Shown here one piece after another: positions 1 through 8,515 of a stretch of 20,762 bases of DNA (its first letter is position 1; every line of letters begins with the position of its first letter). Location: assembly GCA_041178425.1 (NCBI GenBank), contig JBEGVH010000036.1, positions 1 to 20,762 on the forward strand, read 5' to 3'. The translations under genes were made by a program, and so were the position numbers. This DNA comes from Pseudomonadota bacterium. Its GTDB lineage: Bacteria; Bdellovibrionota; Bdellovibrionia; Bdellovibrionales; Bdellovibrionaceae. Below the pieces are notes generated by a model. That model did not search any database, was not told the DNA's origin, and saw only the letters and a program-made list of their open reading frames with translations.

Positions 1-65
1 TATTTTATAGGTCACTTTCCGAAAATTTATGGAAAAAATGAAACTATTGAAATTATTCAGAAAAA

Positions 66-92
66 GAAAAGGCCTCATCAAGAGGCCTTTTC
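66..92 (-). terminator. Rho-independent terminator of the PP2C-gltA-HIT operon
   Basis: 11-bp perfect inverted repeat GAAAAGGCCTC-atcaa-GAGGCCTTTTC, followed by a T-run on the minus strand (A-run 61-65), about 30 nt after the HIT stop. Confidence 0.85.
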
Positions 93-123
93 AACCTATA
101 AAGTTTTTAGCGCTACCGCTGCT

Positions 124-513
124 CTACAAGTGAGCAACGATCTTTTTTTGGATCTCGAGCATTTCTTCTGGCGACCGTTTTTGAGCCCTACTGAAACTGA
201 GTTCTGGAATGCTCCATGCCGGAATGAGATGATAATGAAAGTGAGGCACTTCAAAACCTGCGATAATAGTGCCCACACGTGGGCAGTTCGTCGCTTTTTT
301 GATAGCTTTGGCAATCATTTGAGCGTTTTTAAAAACAGCTGAGTAATAGGGCTCAGGTAGATCCATAAAAGAATCTACCTCAAGCTTTGGAATCACGAGC
401 GTGTGGCCTAAATTTACCTGATCAAGTGCAAGAATAGAAAAAGTAAATTCATCTTCGTGCACTTTGTATGCTGGCAATTCGCCATTTAAGATCTTGGTAA
501 AAATTGAAGCCAT
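124..513 (-). CDS. HIT (histidine triad) family nucleotide hydrolase
   Basis: N-terminal SIFTKILNGELP, GHTLVIPK and the triad VPHFHYHLIP (HxHxH); 129 aa. Confidence 0.95.
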   Translation of the reverse strand: MASIFTKILNGELPAYKVHEDEFTFSILALDQVNLGHTLVIPKLEVDSFMDLPEPYYSAVFKNAQMIAKAIKKATNCPRVGTIIAGFEVPHFHYHLIPAWSIPELSFSRAQKRSPEEMLEIQKKIVAHL

Positions 514-518
514 TTTAA

Positions 519-1658
519 CTATCCTTTTCGTTGGTCAATTTGGCTGTATTTTAATCCTTGGCGACCGACCCACTGTCCGCGTGGACGATAAATTCGGTTG
601 TTCGCATACTGTTCAAAGGCATGGGCAACCCAACCAGAGATACGAGACACCGCAAAAATTGGAGTGTAAAGATCTATTGGAATCCCCATAGCGTAGTAAA
701 CAGTCGCAGAGTAAAAATCTACGTTCGGTAGAAGGCCTTTTTCTCTCTGAACCGTGTCATCGATCATTGCCGACATTTCATACCAGTGCCCTTCGCCAAT
801 CTTCTTTGTGAGCTTTTCACTCATTTTTCGTAGAACGGCTGCGCGAGGATCTCCGTTCTTATAAACGCGGTGACCAAAACCCATCACCTTCTCTTTGTTC
901 GCAAGCGCATCCTTAATAAATTGATGAGCATTTTCTACGGTTCCAATTCTCTTAAGCATCAACATGACCTGCTCATTGGCACCACCATGAAGAGGGCCTT
1001 TAAGAGCGCCAATCGCACTGACAACGGCCGAGTACATGTCGCTCAAAGAAGAGGCCGTTACACGGGTTGCAAAGGCAGAGCAGTTGAGTTCGTGGTCAGC
1101 ATGAAGGACCAAACAAATATCAAAAACTTTTACTAATTCAGCATCTGGTTCTTTGCCCGTGAGCGTATAAAGAAAGTTCCACGAAACGCTTTTGCCAGCC
1201 ACTGGAGCAATTGGGTCTTTCCCGTTACGAATCGATTCAAAAGCGGTCACCAAAGTTCCCATTTTTGCCAATAACCGAACTGCTTTTCGACGATTAGCTT
1301 CCGGAGAATTGTCTTGAGCTTCGTGGTCAAAATGCGCTGATAGCGAAACAGCCGTTCTTAACCATGCCATTGGGTGGACATCTTTTGTTGGAACCTTTTT
1401 AAGAACCTCAATCAACTTAGGATCCAATGCGATATTGGAAGCAATATCTTTTTTAAATCCCTCAATCTCACCCGCTGTAGGTAATTTATCATTCCAAAGG
1501 AGATACGACGTTTCTTCGAAATTACTGTTTTCAGAGAGATCCTCGATCGTATAACCACGATAACAAAGGGTGGCGTCCATAATTGAAGAAACGGCGGTTG
1601 AACAAGCAACGATTCCTTCAAGTCCTTTGTCTATTGCCCCTGCATAGATATCTGCCAT
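519..1658 (-). CDS. gltA: Citrate synthase (short, CitZ/PrpC-sized form)
   Basis: Motifs KGLEG, YRGY, LHADHELNCS, GPLHGGANE, MGFGHRVYK and NVDFYSA. LHADH rather than LYAEH favours citrate over 2-methylcitrate synthase. SD AAGGA lies upstream. Confidence 0.93.
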   Translation of the reverse strand: MADIYAGAIDKGLEGIVACSTAVSSIMDATLCYRGYTIEDLSENSNFEETSYLLWNDKLPTAGEIEGFKKDIASNIALDPKLIEVLKKVPTKDVHPMAWLRTAVSLSAHFDHEAQDNSPEANRRKAVRLLAKMGTLVTAFESIRNGKDPIAPVAGKSVSWNFLYTLTGKEPDAELVKVFDICLVLHADHELNCSAFATRVTASSLSDMYSAVVSAIGALKGPLHGGANEQVMLMLKRIGTVENAHQFIKDALANKEKVMGFGHRVYKNGDPRAAVLRKMSEKLTKKIGEGHWYEMSAMIDDTVQREKGLLPNVDFYSATVYYAMGIPIDLYTPIFAVSRISGWVAHAFEQYANNRIYRPRGQWVGRQGLKYSQIDQRKG

Positions 1659-1673
1659 TTTAAATTCCTTTCC

Positions 1674-2570
1674 TTATAGTCTTGCTAATTTCAATATTCG
1701 TTCTTTTACTTCTGTTACAATCACCGTGACATCCTCAGAAAACTCAGTCGACTCGGCAAACTTCTCTAACTGGTAAAGTAGTTCGTTCCGCATCTCATGA
1801 ACACCCGTTTTAGGAGCACGCGTTACGGCCTGACTTAAACGGTCTAGACCAAAGGCCTCTCCACTTGGATTCATCGTCTTTGCCACTCCTTCGCTTGCAA
1901 TCACGAGACGATCGAGCGGGTTAATGCTGATCTTATGGCATTTTAGTTCTGTTTTGAAGCCTTTAGCGATCGGCGGAGCATCCGCTGCTAAGGCTGTCAT
2001 TTTTCCAGTTTGCCCATCGACTAAGAGGGCCACATTGTTGCCCAACTGACAATACTGCATTTCAAAAGTTCGTCGATCAATAACACCATAAAATAAACTA
2101 GCACGGTCTTTACCCTGCTGCATATTAGGCAAGAGCTCATCGATCATTTTTTGTAGAACGATGTGAGGCTCAGCACCACGACGGGCTTCTAGCTGGCCAG
2201 TCATCTTTAAAAGAACCGACAAAAACAGAGCTGACATCGTATAACCTGAAGAACACGAAAGGAGAATTCCAAACTTCAGGTGGTCGTCATGCTCAAAAAT
2301 ATCAAAATAATCCCCACCCCGAAGTGATCCCGGAACAAACTTGGTGCTGAATTCCACTCCTTGGATGTTAGGGTATTCGGTGGGAACCAGAACTCTCTGA
2401 ATCTGTGATGCCACACGAAGCTCTTGACCAACCTGCTCAATGAGCTTCTCAAGGCGCTTGTTGGCCTTGGTTAGTTCTGTTTTATAACGCAAAAGATCCT
2501 GCTCCTTGAGAATCAAGTCTCGCTCAAGCTCAGCAATTTTCTTTTCAAGGGCACTCATTCTTGGATCCAT
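1674..2570 (-). CDS. SpoIIE/RsbU-type PP2C-family protein with N-terminal coiled coil; metal-binding motifs degenerate
   Basis: Coiled coil, then ELRVASQIQRVLVP, GGDYFD, ASLFYGVID, DRLVIASEGV, GEAFGLDRL and EDVTVIV, which is the SpoIIE domain layout. Confidence 0.85.
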   Translation of the reverse strand: MDPRMSALEKKIAELERDLILKEQDLLRYKTELTKANKRLEKLIEQVGQELRVASQIQRVLVPTEYPNIQGVEFSTKFVPGSLRGGDYFDIFEHDDHLKFGILLSCSSGYTMSALFLSVLLKMTGQLEARRGAEPHIVLQKMIDELLPNMQQGKDRASLFYGVIDRRTFEMQYCQLGNNVALLVDGQTGKMTALAADAPPIAKGFKTELKCHKISINPLDRLVIASEGVAKTMNPSGEAFGLDRLSQAVTRAPKTGVHEMRNELLYQLEKFAESTEFSEDVTVIVTEVKERILKLARL

Positions 2571-2718
2571 GCAACAATTTTAGTTTGATTTCGATTATTT
2601 GCCTCTGTTTTCTTACTAGCCCGACTAAGTTCCGACAATCGTCGAGCACCCCCTATCTGCACCGCACTATTCGATTCTGTTGAAAAGTGGTCAAAGCTTA
2701 ATAACACTTGGTCTCGAT

Positions 2719-3468
2719 ATGGTAACGTCCTTGGACCAAGTGCGAAAGCTCGAAGAAATTCTTAAGGCTGTAAAGGGGAAAGAAATTGGTCCCCTCGACG
2801 CTTTCTTTCAAGTTAAGCAGCTTATTCAACCTGAAGAAACTGTCGCCCACATCAGAAAGCGCTTTCAGTTCTGGTCCTTTGAACTGGATTCGGCCAATTT
2901 GGCATCACTTTCACCGCGCGAACGCCTGTTTTTCTTGCGAAAGTTTCTCTTTGAAGAAAAAGCAAAATTTCTCAAACGCTCGGTGGCACCCCAAATTCTG
3001 ATGGGTTTGGCCATGCAGAATTTTGCCCACCTCACTGGACTCAATTTAAGCTTTGTCCTTCTCGGAAGGCATCTCACTCTCAAAACCGAAATTGATGGAG
3101 AGTTTCAATACATTTCTCTCGACGAGGGCGGCCGATTTCTTGACACCCAAGAAGTGCTCGATCTGATCTTTGACTTTGGTAAAATCAGACGTATTGATTT
3201 TTCTGATCTCCTTTTGGCCTATTTGGAATTTCTGCAAAAACAGCTGGACCCGCGACACGCGGCCAATCAACTTCTACGAGTCTATGATTTAATTCTCTCG
3301 ATAAAAAACTCCGATCCAAGTACCCTCTTGAGACGGGCCTATCTGTATAAGGAGCTCGGCCAGTTCTCAGAAGCCCTCGCGGACTTAAAGCGCTACATTC
3401 ACTTTCAACCTTCCGGCTCCGTAACCAAGTCGCTTAAAAAGTTCTATTCTCAGTTGAGCCAACCGTGA
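2719..3468 (+). CDS. SirB1-like (transglutaminase-like core 2) protein with C-terminal TPR, divergent
   Basis: FLFEEK...GLNLSFVLLGRHLTLK...GGRFLD resembles SirB1, and RRAYLYKELGQFSEALADLKRYI is a TPR. The ATG at 2719 is chosen over the TTG at 2680; the start is uncertain. Confidence 0.65.
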   Translation: MVTSLDQVRKLEEILKAVKGKEIGPLDAFFQVKQLIQPEETVAHIRKRFQFWSFELDSANLASLSPRERLFFLRKFLFEEKAKFLKRSVAPQILMGLAMQNFAHLTGLNLSFVLLGRHLTLKTEIDGEFQYISLDEGGRFLDTQEVLDLIFDFGKIRRIDFSDLLLAYLEFLQKQLDPRHAANQLLRVYDLILSIKNSDPSTLLRRAYLYKELGQFSEALADLKRYIHFQPSGSVTKSLKKFYSQLSQP

Positions 3469-4538
3469 TTTCGGCTGTCGACAAATACAATTACTCCTCT
3501 TACAAAAAAAGCCTCTCCGACCTGGCCCTCAGCGTGGGCCTAGAGGTTCACTGTTACCAGCCCTACCCAGACTTTCCTGATTTACAAACCGTCCTTGTCT
3601 ATAATGATGCCCTCATGAAAAGTGAGCAGGCATTTATTCACATCTCTGGAACGCATGGAGTTGAGGGTGCTGCGGGAGCAGAAATTCAAAAACATCTTCT
3701 CCTCAATCATGGTGAGAGTTTCGCAGGAAGCCCTCTGGGATTTCTCCTCATTTTTGCACTCAATCCCTTTGGCTTCCACTTTATACGAAGAACATCCATC
3801 GCTAATATTGATCTCAATCGTAACTCGGGCGAGGAACTTTCAGCGCCCACCCAAGATGCCAAACACCAATGGCTCCGTCCCCTCTGGAGAAGTCACTCAC
3901 TTTGGGAGCAATCGCGAGGACTTGCTCAAGGTCTCACGCTCGGAGCCATGATGGGTTTTCCTTGGGTGGTGAGAGCCTTCGCCGAAGGACAAACCCTAGA
4001 GCCTCAAGGATTATTTTTTTCGGGAAATCAAACGGCCATCGAAATTACCTCGCTGATGAGTCACATTAAACCGCTCTGCGGATCCAAAAAGTCCATGCGG
4101 GTGATCGACGTGCATTCGGGGCTTGGGCGCCTTTATGATGAAATGCTTATTCATGGAGCTGGCGATGCGAAAAAACTCGAACTGATTTTTGACAAAGAGG
4201 TGGAGATCCCAGGAGAAAAGCCCAATTCGTATCGCGGTCACGGCCTCTTATCAGACCGTTGGGCTCTGGAGTTTCCCGATGTCGATTTACAATTTGTTGT
4301 TCAGGAGTTTGGAGTGAAAAGCACTGCCGAATCTCTGCTCGCACTCTCTCTAGAAAATCAATACCACTGGAAGCAGTTCGAAAAACTCACTCCGGCTCTC
4401 TACCTCAAACATCCAGTTAAAGATTTGCTTTTAAAAACCTTTTTTTGCGAAGATGACAAGTGGATTCACTGGTTGACACAAGTAGGCTCCAAGCGCTTTA
4501 TGCAATGGTTCTCATCGACGGAAGAACAAGCGAATTGA
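3465..4538 (+). CDS. DUF2817 / M14-family zinc carboxypeptidase-like protein
   Basis: SGTHGVEG (HxxE), LNPFG, DLNRN, IDVHSGLG and VQEFG. The GTG start overlaps the upstream stop (GTGA). Confidence 0.85.
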   Translation: MISAVDKYNYSSYKKSLSDLALSVGLEVHCYQPYPDFPDLQTVLVYNDALMKSEQAFIHISGTHGVEGAAGAEIQKHLLLNHGESFAGSPLGFLLIFALNPFGFHFIRRTSIANIDLNRNSGEELSAPTQDAKHQWLRPLWRSHSLWEQSRGLAQGLTLGAMMGFPWVVRAFAEGQTLEPQGLFFSGNQTAIEITSLMSHIKPLCGSKKSMRVIDVHSGLGRLYDEMLIHGAGDAKKLELIFDKEVEIPGEKPNSYRGHGLLSDRWALEFPDVDLQFVVQEFGVKSTAESLLALSLENQYHWKQFEKLTPALYLKHPVKDLLLKTFFCEDDKWIHWLTQVGSKRFMQWFSSTEEQAN

Positions 4539-4540
4539 CC

Positions 4541-4564
4541 GAGGGCCACTAAAAAGTGGCCCTC
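4541..4564. terminator. Hairpin between convergent genes, probably a bidirectional terminator or RNA-stabilising stem
   Basis: 10-bp perfect stem GAGGGCCACT-aaaa-AGTGGCCCTC; neither side has a clear U-tract. Confidence 0.6.
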
Positions 4565-4570
4565 CTCTGA

Positions 4571-6631
4571 CTAAACTCCAAGACTCCTAAAAAAGGCTCT
4601 ATTATTGGGACTTCGGCCGAGAAATGATCGAATCAGTTCCATCGGATCTCTCATATTACCTGGCTCGAGAATTTCGGTACGATAGCGCATTCCCGTCTTA
4701 GGGTCTAAAATCCCTTTTCTTAGAAAAACTGAAAACATGTCTTCAGCAAAAACTTTGGACCAAAGATAGCCGTAATATCCTGCCGAATATCCTCCCATCA
4801 TATGTCCAAACGAAGCCGGAAAGTGAGTGCCCTCTAAAACCGGCAGCCCAGTGAGCTCCAAATGAACCTTGGCATACTCTTCTGTCACATCGATATTGGG
4901 ATTGGTATGAATGTTCATATCGAAAACCCCAAAAACGAGCTGTCGGGTATACTGAACTCCCGAATTAAACAACCGAAGCTTCTGGAGGCGATCGATCATA
5001 TCGCTTGGGATTTTTTTCTTTGGATTCTGGTAATGCTGCGACATTTTTACCAGAATATCTTTTTGCCAAATCCAATTTTCAAGCATTTGCGATGGGGCCT
5101 CAACAAAATCACCTTTTACGTTGGTACCCGAAAGACTGGCAAACTTAGCCTTTGTGAGAACCTGGTGCATGATATGACCGAACTCATGAAAGAACGTTTC
5201 AACTTCATCATGACTCAACAATACTGGTTTGCCAGGAGCCGCTGGAGTAAAGTTCGCCACAATGGCTGCGATGGGCGTTTGATAGCGACCATTTTCGTGA
5301 TCCAGCACTCTTCCACTCAAAAGTGGAAAAGCTGCGGCATGACCATACTTTCCCTCACGTGGAATGAGATCGGAGTAAAAATAGGCAACCACCTGGCCTG
5401 AGGCTTTATCTTTTACCTCATACAACTGAACATTCGGAGCCCAGACAGGTGCCTTTTCAATCGCTTTGAAGTTAACTCCGAGAACCTGCGAATAAATAGC
5501 CAATGTTTGGTCGACCACTGACTGAGCTGGAAAGTACTCTCGTATCATGTCTTCGTCGAGGCGATACTTGAGGATTTTCATTTTGTTGGCAACAAACGGA
5601 ATGTCCCAAATAGCAAATGGGGAGTTGTCCTTCATCGTATTCTTCTTAAACGTAGCCATCGCTTTTATATCTGACTTATTTTTTGCAGATAATCGCCCCT
5701 TCAGCCCATTGAGAAAGTCAAAAACGGCTTGGCTATTTTCGGCCATTTTTTCGCGAAGAGCATAATCGGCGTAGGTGCTATAACCCATAAGCTGAGCCAT
5801 TTCAGAACGAATTTTTGTAGCCTCTTGCAAGAGAGGAGTGTTTGCCTCCGCTTGCCGGTTATTGTAAGCAAATACCATTTTTTTTCTGGTTTCTGACACT
5901 GACGCATTTTCCATCACGTGAATATAATCAGGTGATTTAGTTGTAACGATAAAGTGACCATTGCTGTCTTTTTTAAGACGAGCCAAGAAGTCAGCTTTGA
6001 CTCCTTGAAGTTCCTTTTCAGTGAATGTCACCGTCGAAGTGTCATTGTTAAGGTTTTGGCCAAAACGAACTGAAAGCTGAGATAAACGATCTTTCAGAAC
6101 TTTGAATTTTTTCAGGTCATCATCTTTCAGGCTCATACCATTCATCTCAAAAGCAAACTTGGTTTCTTTGAGAAGTCTTGCTTCGTCAGAGTTAGACGTT
6201 TGAACTTGTTTTAAAATTTCGTAAGTTGCGCGATTGGTAAAGACTTCGTTAAAGGTCACACTCGCCTTCTCTTCGCAAGCCGATGATTCATCGCGAAGAC
6301 TCGCTACCATCGAAACACTACCCATAAATGTTAAAGGGGCTAGAGCATCGTTAAAATTAGCCAGCAACTCTTCAAATTGGGTGAGGGCTTGTGGTTCCGT
6401 TGCCCTCTTCTTGAAGGAAGAATGCCAAGCCTCTAAATCTCCCTTGAAATTTTTAATGGTGAGCTGGCAGAGCTTTTCAAGCTCACCTTTTTTGTAATCG
6501 TACCGAATGAGAGCCTCAGTTTCAGGGTTCGGCAAAACACGATGGGCATCTGCCGTCGAGGTCTTTGGTTTGTGGGCACAGGAGCTAATCAAAAGTCCCA
6601 TACAAATAAAAAGGATTAAGTTTTTTAACAT
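4571..6631 (-). CDS. M3A family (thimet oligopeptidase/PrlC-like) zinc metallopeptidase, predicted lipoprotein
   Basis: HEFGH zinc motif, REGKYGHAA, DFVEAPSQMLENW and FGHMMGGYSAGYYGYLWS. The ATG at 6631 has a G-rich SD and gives the signal peptide MLKNLILFICMGLLISS-C (lipobox). Confidence 0.92.
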   Translation of the reverse strand: MLKNLILFICMGLLISSCAHKPKTSTADAHRVLPNPETEALIRYDYKKGELEKLCQLTIKNFKGDLEAWHSSFKKRATEPQALTQFEELLANFNDALAPLTFMGSVSMVASLRDESSACEEKASVTFNEVFTNRATYEILKQVQTSNSDEARLLKETKFAFEMNGMSLKDDDLKKFKVLKDRLSQLSVRFGQNLNNDTSTVTFTEKELQGVKADFLARLKKDSNGHFIVTTKSPDYIHVMENASVSETRKKMVFAYNNRQAEANTPLLQEATKIRSEMAQLMGYSTYADYALREKMAENSQAVFDFLNGLKGRLSAKNKSDIKAMATFKKNTMKDNSPFAIWDIPFVANKMKILKYRLDEDMIREYFPAQSVVDQTLAIYSQVLGVNFKAIEKAPVWAPNVQLYEVKDKASGQVVAYFYSDLIPREGKYGHAAAFPLLSGRVLDHENGRYQTPIAAIVANFTPAAPGKPVLLSHDEVETFFHEFGHIMHQVLTKAKFASLSGTNVKGDFVEAPSQMLENWIWQKDILVKMSQHYQNPKKKIPSDMIDRLQKLRLFNSGVQYTRQLVFGVFDMNIHTNPNIDVTEEYAKVHLELTGLPVLEGTHFPASFGHMMGGYSAGYYGYLWSKVFAEDMFSVFLRKGILDPKTGMRYRTEILEPGNMRDPMELIRSFLGRSPNNRAFFRSLGV

Positions 6632-6700
6632 GGTATCCCCCTTCGGGGAAAAGCCTATGTCGAACAGATGGGATTGGCAAGTCGTGCAACAAAAACACAC

Positions 6701-7447
6701 TTATTTAGAAATATAGACATCAAAACGAACCAATTTGCTGCTAAATTCAGTGGTTGGATGAGGTCGTATTGGGGGAGCTCGATGAGGCCGTTTCACCACC
6801 AGCCTCTTAACTCCTAACTTCAATGCCAATTCAACGAGCTCTCGACTTTCCTCATTCGATCCGTTGATCTCACGCAGAACTTGCATTTCCTTTGATGGCA
6901 GAGCCGCTTTTTTTTTGGCGGGATACATGGGATCATAATAAATCACCGACGGAAGCTGAGAGGCCTCGTGCAAATAGCTCTGGGCCTCCCCGAAATTGAA
7001 GCAAAGCCTCTTTTTGTAGTCAAAGACTTTAGCCTCGTTTTGCTCGATACCTCTATGGGCCCAACGCAATAAAAGTGCAAGCAGAGGGTTTCTCTCAATG
7101 GCCGTTACCTGATAACCAGCTTGGGCGAGCATAATAGAATCTACACCAAGACCCGCCGTGAGATCTAAAACATCTCGCATACCAAGATGCCAACCGCAAG
7201 CACGACACAATAACTCTTGTGATGGCTGAAACGCTCTTTGATATTTGCTGTCGGCAAGATTGACGGAGATTTTCAACCCTGCCGACGAAATCAAAAAGAG
7301 GCCCTTGCCATCCCAATGGAGATACGCCTGATTCGACGGAACAACCGACGAGATTTCGACTGGAATGACATTCAGATCAAATAACAGATCATCCGAGATG
7401 GGCTCAGAACAATACAGCAGAGGGGTTACCAATTGGTGCTCTTCCAA
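6701..7447 (-). CDS. rsmJ: 16S rRNA m2G1516 methyltransferase RsmJ-like
   Basis: DLTAGLGVDS, IERNP, YYDPMYP, KKAALPSKEM, KRLVVKRP and RFDVY. The probable start is TTG 7447, with GGAG 7 nt upstream, overlapping the end of the upstream gene. Confidence 0.85.
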   Translation of the reverse strand: MEEHQLVTPLLYCSEPISDDLLFDLNVIPVEISSVVPSNQAYLHWDGKGLFLISSAGLKISVNLADSKYQRAFQPSQELLCRACGWHLGMRDVLDLTAGLGVDSIMLAQAGYQVTAIERNPLLALLLRWAHRGIEQNEAKVFDYKKRLCFNFGEAQSYLHEASQLPSVIYYDPMYPAKKKAALPSKEMQVLREINGSNEESRELVELALKLGVKRLVVKRPHRAPPIRPHPTTEFSSKLVRFDVYISK

Positions 7448-8508
7448 ACAATCGCTCCAATGATCATCATTAAGGCGATGAAATAATGATGCCAATTAAA
7501 AACTTTTTGCAAACTCGTTAATGAAGAACCGATACTTGATTGAACTTTCTCGTTCATCTGAAGTTCAAAAAAAACAAAACTAGAGTGAACAACCAAAAGA
7601 GGAAAAAACCAAGCCGCGCCACCTTTAACAAAGAAGAATGACACCATCATCGCCAGAGGAACGCCGGGAATTAAAAGTCGCATGAGTGATTTTGAGCGAT
7701 CAAAGCCAAGTCCCAACACAAAGAATGGCGGCTGTTTTTGATGGAGGTGCCACTGTTTAGTATAAATTTTTTGCTGGCGAATAAAACTCATCCAAAGACC
7801 CCAAGCAAAACCAATAAACAAGGAACTTACGGAGAATTGACCATCGAAAGATAAATCGATTCCCACGGTCAGCAATGGGCCCGCCAGTGCAAAGATGCAA
7901 AAAGAAGAAAAACCCGGCCACAGTGACTTCCGCCACCATCGGGGCAAAAGAAGAAGAAGACTGAGTGCCGCTAATGCATACGGGAGTAACACCCATGGAA
8001 ACTGCTTCAGGAGAGGAAGACCCCAAAAAGCAGCCAGTGCTAACACAACGCGAGACCAATTTTGTATTTGAGATCCCGTGAACCAGCCTTTTTGTAGAAC
8101 TGATTTGGCCTTGCCATTATGAAGACGATCCCAACCTTCAATATGGTCGGCAAGATCAGCCTGCCAATTAGCAAAAATCATCAAGAGAACTAAAACCAGA
8201 GACAATTTTAAGGCAAATCCAAGAACCAACTGGGGCTCTAGGTTAGACATCATAATCACTGGCACAAGAACTGTGAGCCAAGTCTGTGGCTTCAATAATA
8301 ACCACAGCTTTTTCCACGTTGGGGCCGGCTCAAGCTGATCAATTTTTCGGATTTCAAATGTTACCAGCTCATTAATCGACTGTAAGTTGAGACTTGCTTG
8401 CGGAATCGCCCTCTCAACCTTCGAAAAGCTACCCATGAGATAACCCATATAATCGGGATCTCGAGGAGTAAGCGTTTTGAATGTTGGCTGATTCGTTTGC
8501 TTTTCCAT
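7426..8508 (-). CDS. UbiA-superfamily membrane prenyltransferase, MenA-like, divergent
   Basis: Multiple hydrophobic segments, LLKPQTW (compare MenA RPxT), ANWQADLADHIEGWDR (compare NxxNDxxDxxxGxD) and LGFDRS; lies 7 nt downstream of the polyprenyl synthase. Confidence 0.7.
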   Translation of the reverse strand: MEKQTNQPTFKTLTPRDPDYMGYLMGSFSKVERAIPQASLNLQSINELVTFEIRKIDQLEPAPTWKKLWLLLKPQTWLTVLVPVIMMSNLEPQLVLGFALKLSLVLVLLMIFANWQADLADHIEGWDRLHNGKAKSVLQKGWFTGSQIQNWSRVVLALAAFWGLPLLKQFPWVLLPYALAALSLLLLLPRWWRKSLWPGFSSFCIFALAGPLLTVGIDLSFDGQFSVSSLFIGFAWGLWMSFIRQQKIYTKQWHLHQKQPPFFVLGLGFDRSKSLMRLLIPGVPLAMMVSFFFVKGGAAWFFPLLVVHSSFVFFELQMNEKVQSSIGSSLTSLQKVFNWHHYFIALMMIIGAIVWKSTNW

Positions 8509-8515
8509 TAAACTT

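Noticed and set aside
4862..5401. 179-aa plus-strand ORF
   Set aside because: It lies fully antisense to the conserved M3 peptidase core and has no recognisable motifs, so it is a shadow ORF. The same applies to the other short nested ORFs in the track.
6674..6690. Sigma54-like TTGCACGACTTGC upstream of the M3 peptidase
   Set aside because: It lacks the GG dinucleotide and the -24/-12 spacing is 2 nt too short.
6632..6700. Cys-rich N-terminal extension (MCFCCTTC…) of the M3 peptidase in the ORF track
   Set aside because: It results from taking the most upstream GTG. The ATG at 6631 has an SD and gives a clean lipoprotein signal peptide.
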